Of a stretch of DNA of 64,000 bases, positions 28,386-37,879 are shown piece after piece. The stretch is from Candidatus Pacebacteria bacterium GW2011_GWA1_46_10 (GTDB taxonomy: Bacteria; Patescibacteriota; Microgenomatia; UBA1400; PJMF01). Each line of letters opens with the position of its first letter. Position 1 is the first letter of the stretch. Below the pieces are notes generated by a model that was not told where the DNA came from, made no database searches, and saw only the letters and a list, made by a program, of their open reading frames with translations. The stretch is taken from contig LCLP01000001.1 of the NCBI GenBank assembly GCA_001002135.1, positions 230,274-294,273 on the forward strand, read 5' to 3'. Position numbers and translations under genes: made by a program.

Positions 28386-29054
28386 ATGGTTGTGCAGAAT
28401 TATGAGGATGAAGTTGTTCCGTCAAGGAAAATAGAGGTGCCTGTGAGAGGTTTGCCGGATGGAGTCTTTGACCTTAGTGATCCCAGCGACAAAGTTGTCG
28501 GACTGGTTACTGGGGCGCAGATCCTAAGACAAGTAGGACGAATACCTTTTTTAGCTCCTAACACTGACACGGCGATTTATTTGCATACAGAACTAGATGA
28601 GGATAAGGAAAAATTTGGCTTCCTGGTTGAAGTACAAGATGACACAGTGGAGTTTGATATTATTACGAGGATTGGGGGCAAACTGGGGAGAGATTTTTAT
28701 GCCAGAGATTTGATAGTGAGGTCTGTAGCAGATTTTAGAGCACAAGGGGTAAAGATAGATCATTACAAGTCAAAATGGGACAGAATTGAAGAAAACCAAA
28801 AGAGGAGTGTTAATTACGCGACTTTTTTTAAAAAATTAGGCATAGATATCAACAACGCCGTAGAGCAAATAGACGCAGAGCTTAAAGAAAAAGAACAGGC
28901 AGAAGTGAGTAAAGCAGCATTTAGTACCTGGACTGGTGAAATTGCAAAGAGCCTTGGTTTTGGCGAAATTGAGTCATTGAAACCAAGTGCTCATCAAGTG
29001 GAAGTTGTTTTCAAAAAAACAGAGGACGTTGAAATTGTAAAGAAAACAGCTTAG
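28386..29054 (+). CDS. Hypothetical protein
   Basis: Internal ATG preferred (MVVQNYEDE). The longer ORF starting at 28197 spans a promoter-like intergenic region. Confidence 0.4.
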   Translation: MVVQNYEDEVVPSRKIEVPVRGLPDGVFDLSDPSDKVVGLVTGAQILRQVGRIPFLAPNTDTAIYLHTELDEDKEKFGFLVEVQDDTVEFDIITRIGGKLGRDFYARDLIVRSVADFRAQGVKIDHYKSKWDRIEENQKRSVNYATFFKKLGIDINNAVEQIDAELKEKEQAEVSKAAFSTWTGEIAKSLGFGEIESLKPSAHQVEVVFKKTEDVEIVKKTA

Positions 29055-29082
29055 CCGATGCTTATTTTTATAAAATAAAACT

Positions 29083-29520
29083 ATGCCCAAAAAAAAGTTC
29101 CAGGGTTTTTCGGCTGAAGAGCGCACCGCGATGAGGGAGCGGGCTTTGGAACTGAAGGCGGCAGCGCGCCTGGGCAAAAACAAGGCGGTAGGGGAAAAAG
29201 CTTTGCTCGCCAAAATCAATGAGATGCCGGAACCGGATCGTTCAATGGCCCGGCGGCTTCATGTGTTGGTCATGAAAAACGCTCCGACGCTGATGCCCAA
29301 AACTTGGTATGGCATGCCAGCCTATGCTAACCAGGATGGCAAGGTAGTTTGCTTTTTCCAAGCTGCCTCGAAATTCCAAGTGAGATACGCGTTGTTCGGT
29401 TTTAACGACACTGCCAAGCTTGACGAGGGCGCCATGTGGCCGATCTTTTTTGCCTTGAAAAAGTTGACTCAAGCGGAAGAAACAAAAATCGCCGCGCTGG
29501 TGAAAAAAGCAGTTCGTTGA
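29083..29520 (+). CDS. DUF1801 (YdhG-like) family protein
   Basis: [13 protein letters not shown]...TWYGMPAY...VCFF pattern typical of DUF1801. Confidence 0.5.
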   Translation: MPKKKFQGFSAEERTAMRERALELKAAARLGKNKAVGEKALLAKINEMPEPDRSMARRLHVLVMKNAPTLMPKTWYGMPAYANQDGKVVCFFQAASKFQVRYALFGFNDTAKLDEGAMWPIFFALKKLTQAEETKIAALVKKAVR

Positions 29521-29528
29521 AGCGGTTT

Positions 29529-30107
29529 TTATTCACTCTCAAAAAACAGCGGCAAATTCCCCAACGCGATGATGTGTTGCCACTTGGCTGGGTCGTTGCC
29601 CTCGGTGAAAATGGCAGATTCGGCCACGACCGTCGCCCCAGCTTTTTCCATCACGGTTTTCATGCCTTGTTGGGTGGAGCCGGTGCTGACTACATCATCC
29701 ACCAATAACACCCGTTTGCCATCAATCAAGGCATGATCTTTCTCGTCCAAGAAAAGCGTTTGGGGCTGGTCAGTGGTGATCGAGTTAGTTTCCGCCCAAA
29801 CGGTTTTACCCATGTAAGGCTTGGCTGTTTTTCGCAGCACGACGTACGGCTTGTTGGTTCTCTCGGCCAGCTTGTGAGCCAGTGGAATAGATTTGGCTTC
29901 TGCGGTCACGATTACGTCAAATGCTTCAAGATCGAGTTTATCTGCCAGACCTTCAACGGCCGCATTGACAAACTCCACGTCACCAAGGATGTTCAAGAGG
30001 GCAATTTTTACTCCTGGGGCTACCTCTATTTTTGGTAATTTCCGCTCCACGCCACCGATTGTAACGTCATATGTTTCTCGATTATTTGTTTCTCGATCGC
30101 TCATCAC
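29529..30107 (-). CDS. Type I phosphoribosyltransferase (APRT/XPRT-like)
   Basis: PRPP-binding motif VLLVDDVVSTGST. Confidence 0.65.
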   Translation of the reverse strand: MMSDRETNNRETYDVTIGGVERKLPKIEVAPGVKIALLNILGDVEFVNAAVEGLADKLDLEAFDVIVTAEAKSIPLAHKLAERTNKPYVVLRKTAKPYMGKTVWAETNSITTDQPQTLFLDEKDHALIDGKRVLLVDDVVSTGSTQQGMKTVMEKAGATVVAESAIFTEGNDPAKWQHIIALGNLPLFFESE

Positions 30108-30229
30108 TTCCTTTTGGCAGGCTGAAAAATTACGTACCCAACGACTATATCATAAGAGTTCTCTTGCGGCCAAAAGTGATGGACTGCTTGGTTGTTTCGT
30201 TTTTGTTATTTTAGTATGATGAGGTAACA

Positions 30230-31120
30230 ATGCGCCGTAATTTCTTCTTATGGCTCTCGATCAGCACGTTTTTCATTTTTTTAGTTGGTTTTTTGATTGG
30301 TGTATCGTTTGGCCAACACCCCGATCTTCAAATCAATCGGCTGTTGACACTGATTAACCTTCAACAAGCAGATTCAGTGGAGGATGCCGAGCGACACCTA
30401 TCAGCTTGGAGCAAGAATCTTCAGCAATTCGGCCATTTATTAGACTCACCCTGTGACTCGGAAGTGATTAAGATTGTCAACGATGACCCGCGTTTTACCG
30501 CCTACGGCATGGTGGAACCTAATGGAGATGTCATTTGTACCAGTGAACTCTCAACGACTAATGTTAATTTGGCCGACCGGCCGTATTTCCAACAAGCGCT
30601 GGAAACCAAACAGCTGAGTATGAGCGGTTTTCAGGTCGGCCGGTTTACTGGTAAAAGCGTGATCGCCTATGCTCTGCCGGTACTCAACACTCAGGGAGAA
30701 GTGACCCAGGTGGCTTTCATCGGTATTGATTTAGCTTGGGTGAACCGACTATTCAACAACTTTAAACTGCCAAGCGGGATGGAGGTAGTGATGACTGATG
30801 CCAATGGGGTGATCGAACTGTATTATCCGACCGATGACACCAAGATCGGCCAGTCAGTGTTCGACCCCAAGATCTTTAGCATCGTGTTGTCTCAACAAAC
30901 GGGCAAAATCAGCGCCAAGGGGGTGGATGGTGTGACGAGAATGTATTACTACGGACCGATTTACCTGGATAAAGATGAGGAAGCAGACGCCTTTCTGCTG
31001 GTTGGTTTGCCTCGCCGGCCCATCATCGACTTTTCACCAATTATGCCGGTCATCTTGTTTGGCAGTGGGTTGGTCTTGATTGTTGTCCAATTCAAACTCC
31101 TCAGGAGGTTTGCTCATTAA
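30230..31120 (+). CDS. Membrane-anchored Cache-domain sensor protein with no output domain
   Basis: N-terminal and C-terminal TM helices flank an extracytoplasmic domain carrying the Cache hallmark DRPYFQQA. Confidence 0.55.
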   Translation: MRRNFFLWLSISTFFIFLVGFLIGVSFGQHPDLQINRLLTLINLQQADSVEDAERHLSAWSKNLQQFGHLLDSPCDSEVIKIVNDDPRFTAYGMVEPNGDVICTSELSTTNVNLADRPYFQQALETKQLSMSGFQVGRFTGKSVIAYALPVLNTQGEVTQVAFIGIDLAWVNRLFNNFKLPSGMEVVMTDANGVIELYYPTDDTKIGQSVFDPKIFSIVLSQQTGKISAKGVDGVTRMYYYGPIYLDKDEEADAFLLVGLPRRPIIDFSPIMPVILFGSGLVLIVVQFKLLRRFAH

Positions 31121-31295
31121 TCAAACAACCAGGTGATCTTAGAGTAAGAGCAAAACCAGAAAGAGTGCGACGAAGCTAAGGGTGATAATGACGTAATCGT
31201 AGATGACCCCCAACTGCTGTCGTTTCCTCAGTCGGATTAGTATGTAAACAAGAACGATGGCCGCGACCGCAGTCAACAACTGTGTCATCTTAATT

Positions 31296-32369
31296 TTAGC
31301 GCGTGAAAATACTTACTACTGAGTCAAGTACCGACAAAATAAAGTGATCAACAACACTCATAAAAGAGACAAATCCTTGACCGATTGTTGTCCAAAAAGA
31401 GGCAGGTGTTTGCGCCTCGTTTTCGGTTGCGCTGATAGATTTACCCAAGACCTTGGTCTGATCGGAAAAATCGAGTTTAGTGCCAGGATTAGTGAGAGTG
31501 TCTTTTCCTAAAACGCTGGCATCGATTTCCTCTGTTACCACTGGGACTTCAATCTCTTCAAGAGCCGAGGCTCTCTCAGGCATAATCAGGTAGTTCACGG
31601 AGGCAAATTCTTTGAGCACATTGGTGCCTCGGCCGTCGTTGGCCAAGACAATCGAACTGGGTAAAAATTCAACTTGAGTAGGGCCAGGTTTTTGGGTCTG
31701 AAAATAGACTGTGGCAAACTTGCCGGCTGGTTGAGTAAAACCAGGGTTTGGCAAACCGCCACTCAAACGTAGGTACCCAATGGTATTATTGACTTCCTCT
31801 TGAATAAAAATGGTGGCAAAAGAATCGGTTTTGTCAATTTTGACTACTTTTAAAAATTCAGGATCATATGAGAGATCCATTTGAATGGCGTTGATGGCGG
31901 TTTGAACGCCCGTCACCTCCAAGTTAAGCGGGAAAACCTCACCGAGTTTATGTTGTTTGTCGTTGGGGATCAGGACAGAGACGGTTTTTTTGGTCAGGGT
32001 GGTCGAGACCCCAAATTGATTGAGGACTGCCACTTCGACCGCCACCAGGCCTATCGAGGTGAGGGCTAAGATTGCTAAAGTGGCGGTGTTAAGTAGCAGT
32101 GAACGCAGACTACTGGGAGTGCGGTCATGGCGGTGGCTGATTTCTCGCTGGCAAAACTCACACCGCTGGCCTGGTTTGCCTGCCCGGCAAGCTAGGCAGA
32201 GCACTCGCTTGGGGGCAATGAGCCAAGCGATCGGGTAGCCGACAGCCACAAATACGCCGAACAAGGCGAAAAGATGAGCAGCTATCCAAGAAAAGACAAT
32301 AAATGTTCCTAGTTTGATCAGTGACCAAACCCCTTGGGTAGTTGATTTGATAAGGCGCAAGAATGACAT
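31296..32369 (-). CDS. Membrane protein with a cytoplasmic Cys4 zinc ribbon and an extracytoplasmic beta-rich, possibly cohesin-like, domain
   Basis: N-terminal TM helices, CLACRAGKPGQRCEFCQ, a third TM, then an extracellular domain (QMDLSYDPEFLKVVKI...TIGYLRLSGG). Confidence 0.45.
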   Translation of the reverse strand: MSFLRLIKSTTQGVWSLIKLGTFIVFSWIAAHLFALFGVFVAVGYPIAWLIAPKRVLCLACRAGKPGQRCEFCQREISHRHDRTPSSLRSLLLNTATLAILALTSIGLVAVEVAVLNQFGVSTTLTKKTVSVLIPNDKQHKLGEVFPLNLEVTGVQTAINAIQMDLSYDPEFLKVVKIDKTDSFATIFIQEEVNNTIGYLRLSGGLPNPGFTQPAGKFATVYFQTQKPGPTQVEFLPSSIVLANDGRGTNVLKEFASVNYLIMPERASALEEIEVPVVTEEIDASVLGKDTLTNPGTKLDFSDQTKVLGKSISATENEAQTPASFWTTIGQGFVSFMSVVDHFILSVLDSVVSIFTR

Positions 32370-32376
32370 AGTTTGC

Positions 32377-32962
32377 TCACTTTACATGATATAGCAAGAC
32401 GGATAAATCTACCAGATCACATGTATCATCCAGGTTGATGTCACAAACTTTTGTGTCCACTGATTTTGTTTGATCAGCGGTGGTCTGAGTCATAAAGTTT
32501 ACCCAAGTGGCAACCCAGTTGCCAACCGCAGTGCTCACCTCGCCGGCGGAGATGCGGCCGTCCTGGTTGTCGTCAAAGAAAGCGACCGTGGTGGGCAGTA
32601 GTGGAGTGGCCGTGACTATCTGCTGAGTAACGGTGGGCACCACAATGACACTAGGGGTAGTGGCGGTGCTGGTGGTACTGGTGGTATTTGAGGTACTACT
32701 GGTGGTAGTAGTTGAAGTGGGGGTGGGGGTAGGAGTAGGGGTGGGTGCTACGCCGTAACAGTCACTCTCATCAAACTCACAGGTGGTCGGATTGGCATTA
32801 CACTTCAAATCACCAGCAAAGTACCCCTGGGAGCGGCAGGGGGCACCATTCAAACGCCAGATCACCACAGACACTAATTCGTACTGTGGCCGTGACATCC
32901 TGAGCAGCCGCCGACACGGGGAGGGCTGAAAAAAGCAGCAAAAGGGCAGCCAAAATTATCAT
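32377..32962 (-). pseudogene. Dockerin-like Thr/Pro-rich secreted protein gene, frameshifted at a G5/C5 homopolymer
   Basis: A signal peptide (MIILAALLLLFSALPVSAAAQD) starts at 32962 and overlaps the upstream stop as ATGA. That frame terminates after about 50 codons. The long ORF 32377..32898 continues in another frame after the GGGGG run at 32839..32843. The C-terminus has two dockerin-like repeats (DDNQDGRISAGEV, DINLDDTCDLVDLSVL). Confidence 0.5.
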
Positions 32963-33654
32963 TTTTCATTGTCTGGTTTATCGGTTACCGACGGTTTTTG
33001 CTTGAGACTAACATTCAAGGAAATGAAGTTACGCGCCAGCCGCAGCAGCACTAAGATCCCCGCCGCGCCGATGATGATTGGCGGCCAGGGTTGATATTGA
33101 TTCCAGAGGGAAAGGCCGCGGTAGTAAAGGCCTTGCAGGACACTGGCTGGCGCCACCGTGAAATACAACTTGCTGGCTGCTGCCACGCCAATCGTCGCGC
33201 CCTCAGGGTTGTTGACGGTGGCGGTGGGCCTGGCTTCTAGATAAGCAAAGTAATCGCCTGGCACAGTCTTGATGGGCAAGGTGAGCATCACCTCAACAAT
33301 CTTTGCTTCGCCGGGCTCCAGGTTAAAGTTGGCCGGTTGAAAGGTAAACCAGGCACGATCAGGGCGCATTGCTGGTTGTTGTTCGTGATAGGTAACATCC
33401 AGGATGTATTCGCCGCCCTCGTCGCCGGTATTAACGACGGTCACTGACGGTAGTTGATAGAGAGTGCCAGGCTTGAGTGACTCGTCTAGCTGGATTTTGC
33501 CGGTACCTACTCCCACGCCGATTCTAGCTTGAATCAAAGGGGTAAAAATTAGGGAAAGAAAGGAGAACAGAACAACAAAAGAAAACAAAAGGTATGACTT
33601 CATGGCCTCGACTTTATCACCTGGTGGTAACAAACGCAAGTTATGCTGAAACAT
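32959..33654 (-). CDS. Cell-surface protein with N-terminal signal/TM and C-terminal TM anchor (CscA/DUF916-DUF3324-like)
   Basis: Hydrophobic N-terminus, beta-rich ectodomain, C-terminal TM IIIGAAGILVLL followed by basic RLARNF. Confidence 0.4.
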   Translation of the reverse strand: MFQHNLRLLPPGDKVEAMKSYLLFSFVVLFSFLSLIFTPLIQARIGVGVGTGKIQLDESLKPGTLYQLPSVTVVNTGDEGGEYILDVTYHEQQPAMRPDRAWFTFQPANFNLEPGEAKIVEVMLTLPIKTVPGDYFAYLEARPTATVNNPEGATIGVAAASKLYFTVAPASVLQGLYYRGLSLWNQYQPWPPIIIGAAGILVLLRLARNFISLNVSLKQKPSVTDKPDNEK

Positions 33655-33669
33655 CCAGCTTCCAGTCTT

Positions 33670-34194
33670 TTATGAAGCTGAAGCTTGGACAGTGACGGTC
33701 AATGATTCTTGAGCAGTTTGAGTGGTGGCGGTTGGAGCCAGAAACTGCAGATCAAAGACTTGGGTACCAGAGGTAGCGACGCTCGCAGCCAAAGTTTGAT
33801 TACTGGTAGTCAAGGCTGTCCAAGTGGGAGTGGTATCACAAGTGGTGATACAAAACTTGTGAGCATATTGTTCACTGCCGGCTGTCGCGGCCAGCGTCCA
33901 GCTAGTAGAGTCAGCGCCCCGAATATTGAGGTCTTCGGTCACATTACCATCATTGGTGGCAGTTTGACTGTCGTTTACTCCATTGGAAGTTGTATCAGCG
34001 TTACCACTGGTGCTCACCGTGGTGTAGGCGACCGATCCGTCAGTCACCGCGACCGAAACGTTTTGAATCGTGACTGTGGCGGTAACGTTGGCGGAACTGG
34101 CAGCGGAGGCTAAAGGAGAGAAGGCCAGTGCCGCTATCATTAGACTGAGGATGGCTTCTGACCAGGAAAACGTAAACAAGCGAGTAAGTCTCAT
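33670..34194 (-). CDS. Secreted Thr-rich surface protein, WxL-like
   Basis: Signal peptide ending ASAAS. STSWTLAATAG motif. Homologous to the C-terminal half of the next protein. Confidence 0.4.
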   Translation of the reverse strand: MRLTRLFTFSWSEAILSLMIAALAFSPLASAASSANVTATVTIQNVSVAVTDGSVAYTTVSTSGNADTTSNGVNDSQTATNDGNVTEDLNIRGADSTSWTLAATAGSEQYAHKFCITTCDTTPTWTALTTSNQTLAASVATSGTQVFDLQFLAPTATTQTAQESLTVTVQASAS

Positions 34195-34308
34195 ATTTCT
34201 CCTTTAACTGATGTTACCGATAAATACAGTGTATAGCGTAACAAGTTAAAAAAGTTGAAACAATAGCACTTAATATATCAAAGTGAGTAAATTCAAGTAC
34301 CAGGCCAG

Positions 34309-35391
34309 TTAAGGAGTTGAAGCCACTATAGTGACAGTCGTACTTTGTTGAGAAAGGGAGGCGGTGCTGGTGGGAGTAGTCAGTCTTAAAGACAAGTTTC
34401 TGGTGGCGCCTTGAGAGACATTCGTATCAAAAGTATACAGTGTATCCGCGGCCGCAAACGTGGTCCAGCCAGTGCCGTCGTTATTGGAAAACTCCCACAA
34501 GACCTGGTCAGCCCCATTGGCGGTATTGAGAGTCCAGGTGACACTACCATCTGAGAAAGTAGTGGATCTCACATCTAGGTTGGCCGGCCCGGTATCCACC
34601 GAAACTGTTTCTGGATCATTCAGCCCACTACTCGTAGTATCTTGGGTAGTGTTCGGTGCCTGGTAGCCAAAGGCCACCGCGCCGTCTGTACTCAGGGAAA
34701 TACTGACAGCGGGAGGAGGGGTGTAAGTAATGGTCAGGCTCACAGTGTCATGTCTCACGGTGACCGCAGCGTTGTTGTTATTGCCGGTGGCCAGGTCATT
34801 ACTGATTCTAAATAAAACAGTGCTGCTTGAAGCCTGAAGATTAGCAGGTACGCTGACGGCGGTACCGGTTTTTTGCGCCCAGTTGCTGGTAGCCGAGAAG
34901 CTTGTTCCGGATGAAAAAGTGCCAATTAAAGTTTCGCTACTATCACGGAAAGTAAAGGGACCGACCGTGCCGGCCGCGCCAGTGGCATATTCTGATACCC
35001 GCCAATAATAACTGTTACCGGTGCCCGAGCCGACCTCAGTCACGGTACTGTTAGCCGGGATGCCAAACAAACTTTCCCAAGTCCCACTAATGTCTCGCCG
35101 CCGGTCAGTGTTAGTTTTGTTTTTACCACTGATACGAAGTTGGAGCGACCCGTTGCTTGGACTCCCATCGGCTGATTGCCACGAGTCAGTGGTGTTATTA
35201 GCCCCTGCGGGATAGGTAAAAGCCCAACTCTCTGTATCACTATCAAAAGTCCAGGTTTTAGTGGCAGTATCTGCGTTGACTGTTGAGATGAGATGGAGAA
35301 ATTTCAGTTTTTGTGAAAAGGGGAATAAACCACTGAAAAGCCAGCCTAGCAGTAAACAAACAAAGCTTGTTTTGGCCAATAGTTTACGCAT
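34309..35391 (-). CDS. Secreted Thr/Ser-rich surface protein, WxL-like
   Basis: Signal peptide, then GSVTWTLNTANGADQVLWEF. Shares the DG(S/A)VA(Y/F) and WTL blocks with the 174-aa neighbour. Confidence 0.4.
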   Translation of the reverse strand: MRKLLAKTSFVCLLLGWLFSGLFPFSQKLKFLHLISTVNADTATKTWTFDSDTESWAFTYPAGANNTTDSWQSADGSPSNGSLQLRISGKNKTNTDRRRDISGTWESLFGIPANSTVTEVGSGTGNSYYWRVSEYATGAAGTVGPFTFRDSSETLIGTFSSGTSFSATSNWAQKTGTAVSVPANLQASSSTVLFRISNDLATGNNNNAAVTVRHDTVSLTITYTPPPAVSISLSTDGAVAFGYQAPNTTQDTTSSGLNDPETVSVDTGPANLDVRSTTFSDGSVTWTLNTANGADQVLWEFSNNDGTGWTTFAAADTLYTFDTNVSQGATRNLSLRLTTPTSTASLSQQSTTVTIVASTP

Positions 35392-35508
35392 GCTTGTGGC
35401 TGATTATAACGGCAATCACCCTCGCGGTCAGCAGCTTGCTTTTACCATTAAATTTACTCTATGATGAGTATCAGTAGTGGTGTATCAATTATTTGCTAAG
35501 GAGAAAAC

Positions 35509-35988
35509 ATGGCAAAACCCACAAAGACAACCACTGTCTCGACCGCCGCCAGTTTGGGTCAGCTCGAGAAAGTGTTGGAAGAGTATCTGGTGAAGAAAGC
35601 ACCCGCCCTGCCGACCAATCTCAAGGAGTTATTAGTGAAGTTCGCCCCGTATCTGGCCATTATCGGGGTGGTCCTGTCGGTACCAGCTTTATTTACGGCC
35701 TTGAGCGCCGGCGCTTGGCTTTCTCGTAATTATTACTGGGCCATGACCGGTGCCACACTCGGCTGGCAGTATTACTTGGCACTGGCTTTAAGTGCCGTCA
35801 CCGTGGCGCTGGAAGCCTTCGCTATTCCAGGACTCTTCGGTCGAAAAATGAGCGCTTGGAAGCTCTTGTTTTACGCCGTGCTGGTCAACACCGTGTACTC
35901 ACTGGTGTATTTCAACCTGGCGGGTTTAATTCTGGGCACGCTCTTGAGCCTGTACCTGTTGTTTCAAGTCAGATCCTACTATCACTAG
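35509..35988 (+). CDS. Small integral membrane protein
   Basis: Four hydrophobic helices. Confidence 0.5.
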   Translation: MAKPTKTTTVSTAASLGQLEKVLEEYLVKKAPALPTNLKELLVKFAPYLAIIGVVLSVPALFTALSAGAWLSRNYYWAMTGATLGWQYYLALALSAVTVALEAFAIPGLFGRKMSAWKLLFYAVLVNTVYSLVYFNLAGLILGTLLSLYLLFQVRSYYH

Positions 35989-36105
35989 GCTCACCCTAAA
36001 ATTGAGCTAGTTTGATATAGTTTAACCGATTGAGTGTGTTGGTGGTGTTTGTTACACTTTGTGTATCATGTTCGCGTGTAGAATTAATTGCCAAATGAAC
36101 AGGTA

Positions 36106-36130
36106 AACCAGCCAGGATGGCTGGTTTTTT
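36106..36130 (+). terminator. Rho-independent terminator
   Basis: aaccagcc-aggat-ggctggtt hairpin followed by tttttt. Confidence 0.6.
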
Positions 36131-36155
36131 AATTTTTGGCAAGCAAAGGAGAATA

Positions 36156-37031
36156 ATGAAAAAAATTATCAGGAAAAGTGTGGCGCTTTTGGTGGCCGCG
36201 CTCGGTGTGGTGTTTTTGGCTGCCGGTCGAATCCAAGCAGTCGACACTTATTTCAACGGTTTTGAAGTCGATACCGACGGCTGGTTGAGTAACGGGGGCA
36301 CAATCACCAGAGTGGCCAGTGGTACTAATAGTATTACTTCAGCTGATGGCGACTGGCACGCTGAAGCGCTGATTGGCGATGACTTCGACGGTGTCTTCAC
36401 TCGCTGGGGCGGGTACGAAAGTGCCTTTCCAGCTAACGGGTATGTCACTGAGCTTGATATTTATTTGGATATGGCTTTAAACACTGTGGTGGGAACCGAT
36501 CTGCGATTTGACTACTCATCGGCGATTAATGATCCCACCGGCACACACCGCCGAGACTTTATTTTTAGTGTCGGGACGGATCCAACTACCACTGGCCAGT
36601 TTGTGATGAGTGCCAGCAACAACGCGCCGGGGTGGCCAGCCAACCCAGGCAGAGATCCGTTTGTCATTGATACCACTGGTTGGTACACCTTCCGGCATAC
36701 TTTCCAGGATAATGGCGCTGGGGTATTAGCAGTAGTGATGGAGGTATTGGACAGCAGCGGCACAGTGCTGCACAGCTGGACCTTATCTGATCCGTCGGAT
36801 GTGATTGGTACCACGGTCGGTGGCAACCGCTATGGTTGGTTTGTGACCAGCGACTTTAGTTTCCTGGCGGTTGACAACTCCGAGAAAAATAATCTCGCAG
36901 GGCCAGTGCTCACTAAGGCTGAGCTGCTGATGGATAGCGGGATTACCGGCAAAGGGCTGGAAACCGCGCCGGGGCTGATGAAGCCGTTTAACCCAAATTC
37001 AAAGGCAGCTGACAACGCCGGCAAGAAATAA
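36156..37031 (+). CDS. Secreted protein of unknown function
   Basis: ATG at 36156 with aaggag RBS. Signal peptide MKKIIRKSVALLVAALGVVFLAAGRIQA. Confidence 0.5.
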   Translation: MKKIIRKSVALLVAALGVVFLAAGRIQAVDTYFNGFEVDTDGWLSNGGTITRVASGTNSITSADGDWHAEALIGDDFDGVFTRWGGYESAFPANGYVTELDIYLDMALNTVVGTDLRFDYSSAINDPTGTHRRDFIFSVGTDPTTTGQFVMSASNNAPGWPANPGRDPFVIDTTGWYTFRHTFQDNGAGVLAVVMEVLDSSGTVLHSWTLSDPSDVIGTTVGGNRYGWFVTSDFSFLAVDNSEKNNLAGPVLTKAELLMDSGITGKGLETAPGLMKPFNPNSKAADNAGKK

Positions 37032-37058
37032 TAAATTGTTAACTTCTGTGAAGTGAGT

Positions 37059-37089
37059 GACGCTCCGCCGCGGCGGAGCGTCATTTTTT
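37059..37089 (+). terminator. Rho-independent terminator
   Basis: Perfect 24-bp palindrome gacgctccgccgcggcggagcgtc followed by atttttt. Confidence 0.65.
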
Positions 37090-37375
37090 ACCCTGTAAGA
37101 ATTTTTTACCTTGTGCGTCTCTAAGTCAGCGGTATTTTTTCCTTTAACTACCTCTTATAAATAAAAGAAAGGAAACGATGAACGCCAACTATAACCGGGA
37201 CTATTTAAGGGAACACCCTCGTCACGTGATGGCTGATTTTGAGCGGTTGGAGGCGGAATTGAGGAGTATCAGCGCCGTCACTGATGACAGTGAGCAAATA
37301 AACGACGCCGGAGTGTACGGGTGGAGGGGGAACGGCGAAGATGACGATAATGAGGAGTAGTACAATGAGATCGGC

Positions 37376-37879
37376 ATGGACAAAAGGACGTTTGGCGCCT
37401 CCTATCTCAAGTACTCAGACGCCATTTTTCGGCATTGTTACTTTCGTGTCTATGACCGAGAGTTGGCCCGCGACCTGACCCAGCAGACTTTTACTCGGGC
37501 TTGGGAATATTTGAGCAAAGGAAAGATAATTAAAAATATGCGGGCTTTTTTGTATCAAACTGCCAGAAACCTAGTGGTCGATTACTTCAGGAGCAAACGG
37601 AGTATTTCACTGGATACTCTGTTGGAAAAAGGTTTTGAGCCCTCGGGTAATGCCGGCCGGGATCCGGAAAAACAGTTAGAAAGTCGGGAGGTTCAATTTT
37701 TATTACTCAAACTGCGCGCGGCTGATCGAGAGGTGATCGTGATGCGTTACATTGATGGCCTGAAACCGCGTGAGATCGCCTCGATCACGAAAGAAAACAC
37801 CAACGTGGTCTCAGTGCGGCTCTATCGCGCGTCGAGAGCATTTCGTAAAGTCTGTGAGGAACACGGCTATGACTCCTGA
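37376..37879 (+). CDS. ECF-type sigma-70 family sigma factor
   Basis: Region 2 (YFRVYDRELARDLTQQTFTRAWEY) and region 4 (REIASITKENTNVVSVRLYRASRAFRK). Confidence 0.8.
   Translation: MDKRTFGASYLKYSDAIFRHCYFRVYDRELARDLTQQTFTRAWEYLSKGKIIKNMRAFLYQTARNLVVDYFRSKRSISLDTLLEKGFEPSGNAGRDPEKQLESREVQFLLLKLRAADREVIVMRYIDGLKPREIASITKENTNVVSVRLYRASRAFRKVCEEHGYDS

Noticed and set aside
30108-30229. Purine riboswitch upstream of the PRTase gene
   Set aside because: The upstream region lacks the conserved purine-aptamer loops (UAUA/UCGUAUAAU ... CCGUAAAU). No convincing three-way junction can be drawn.
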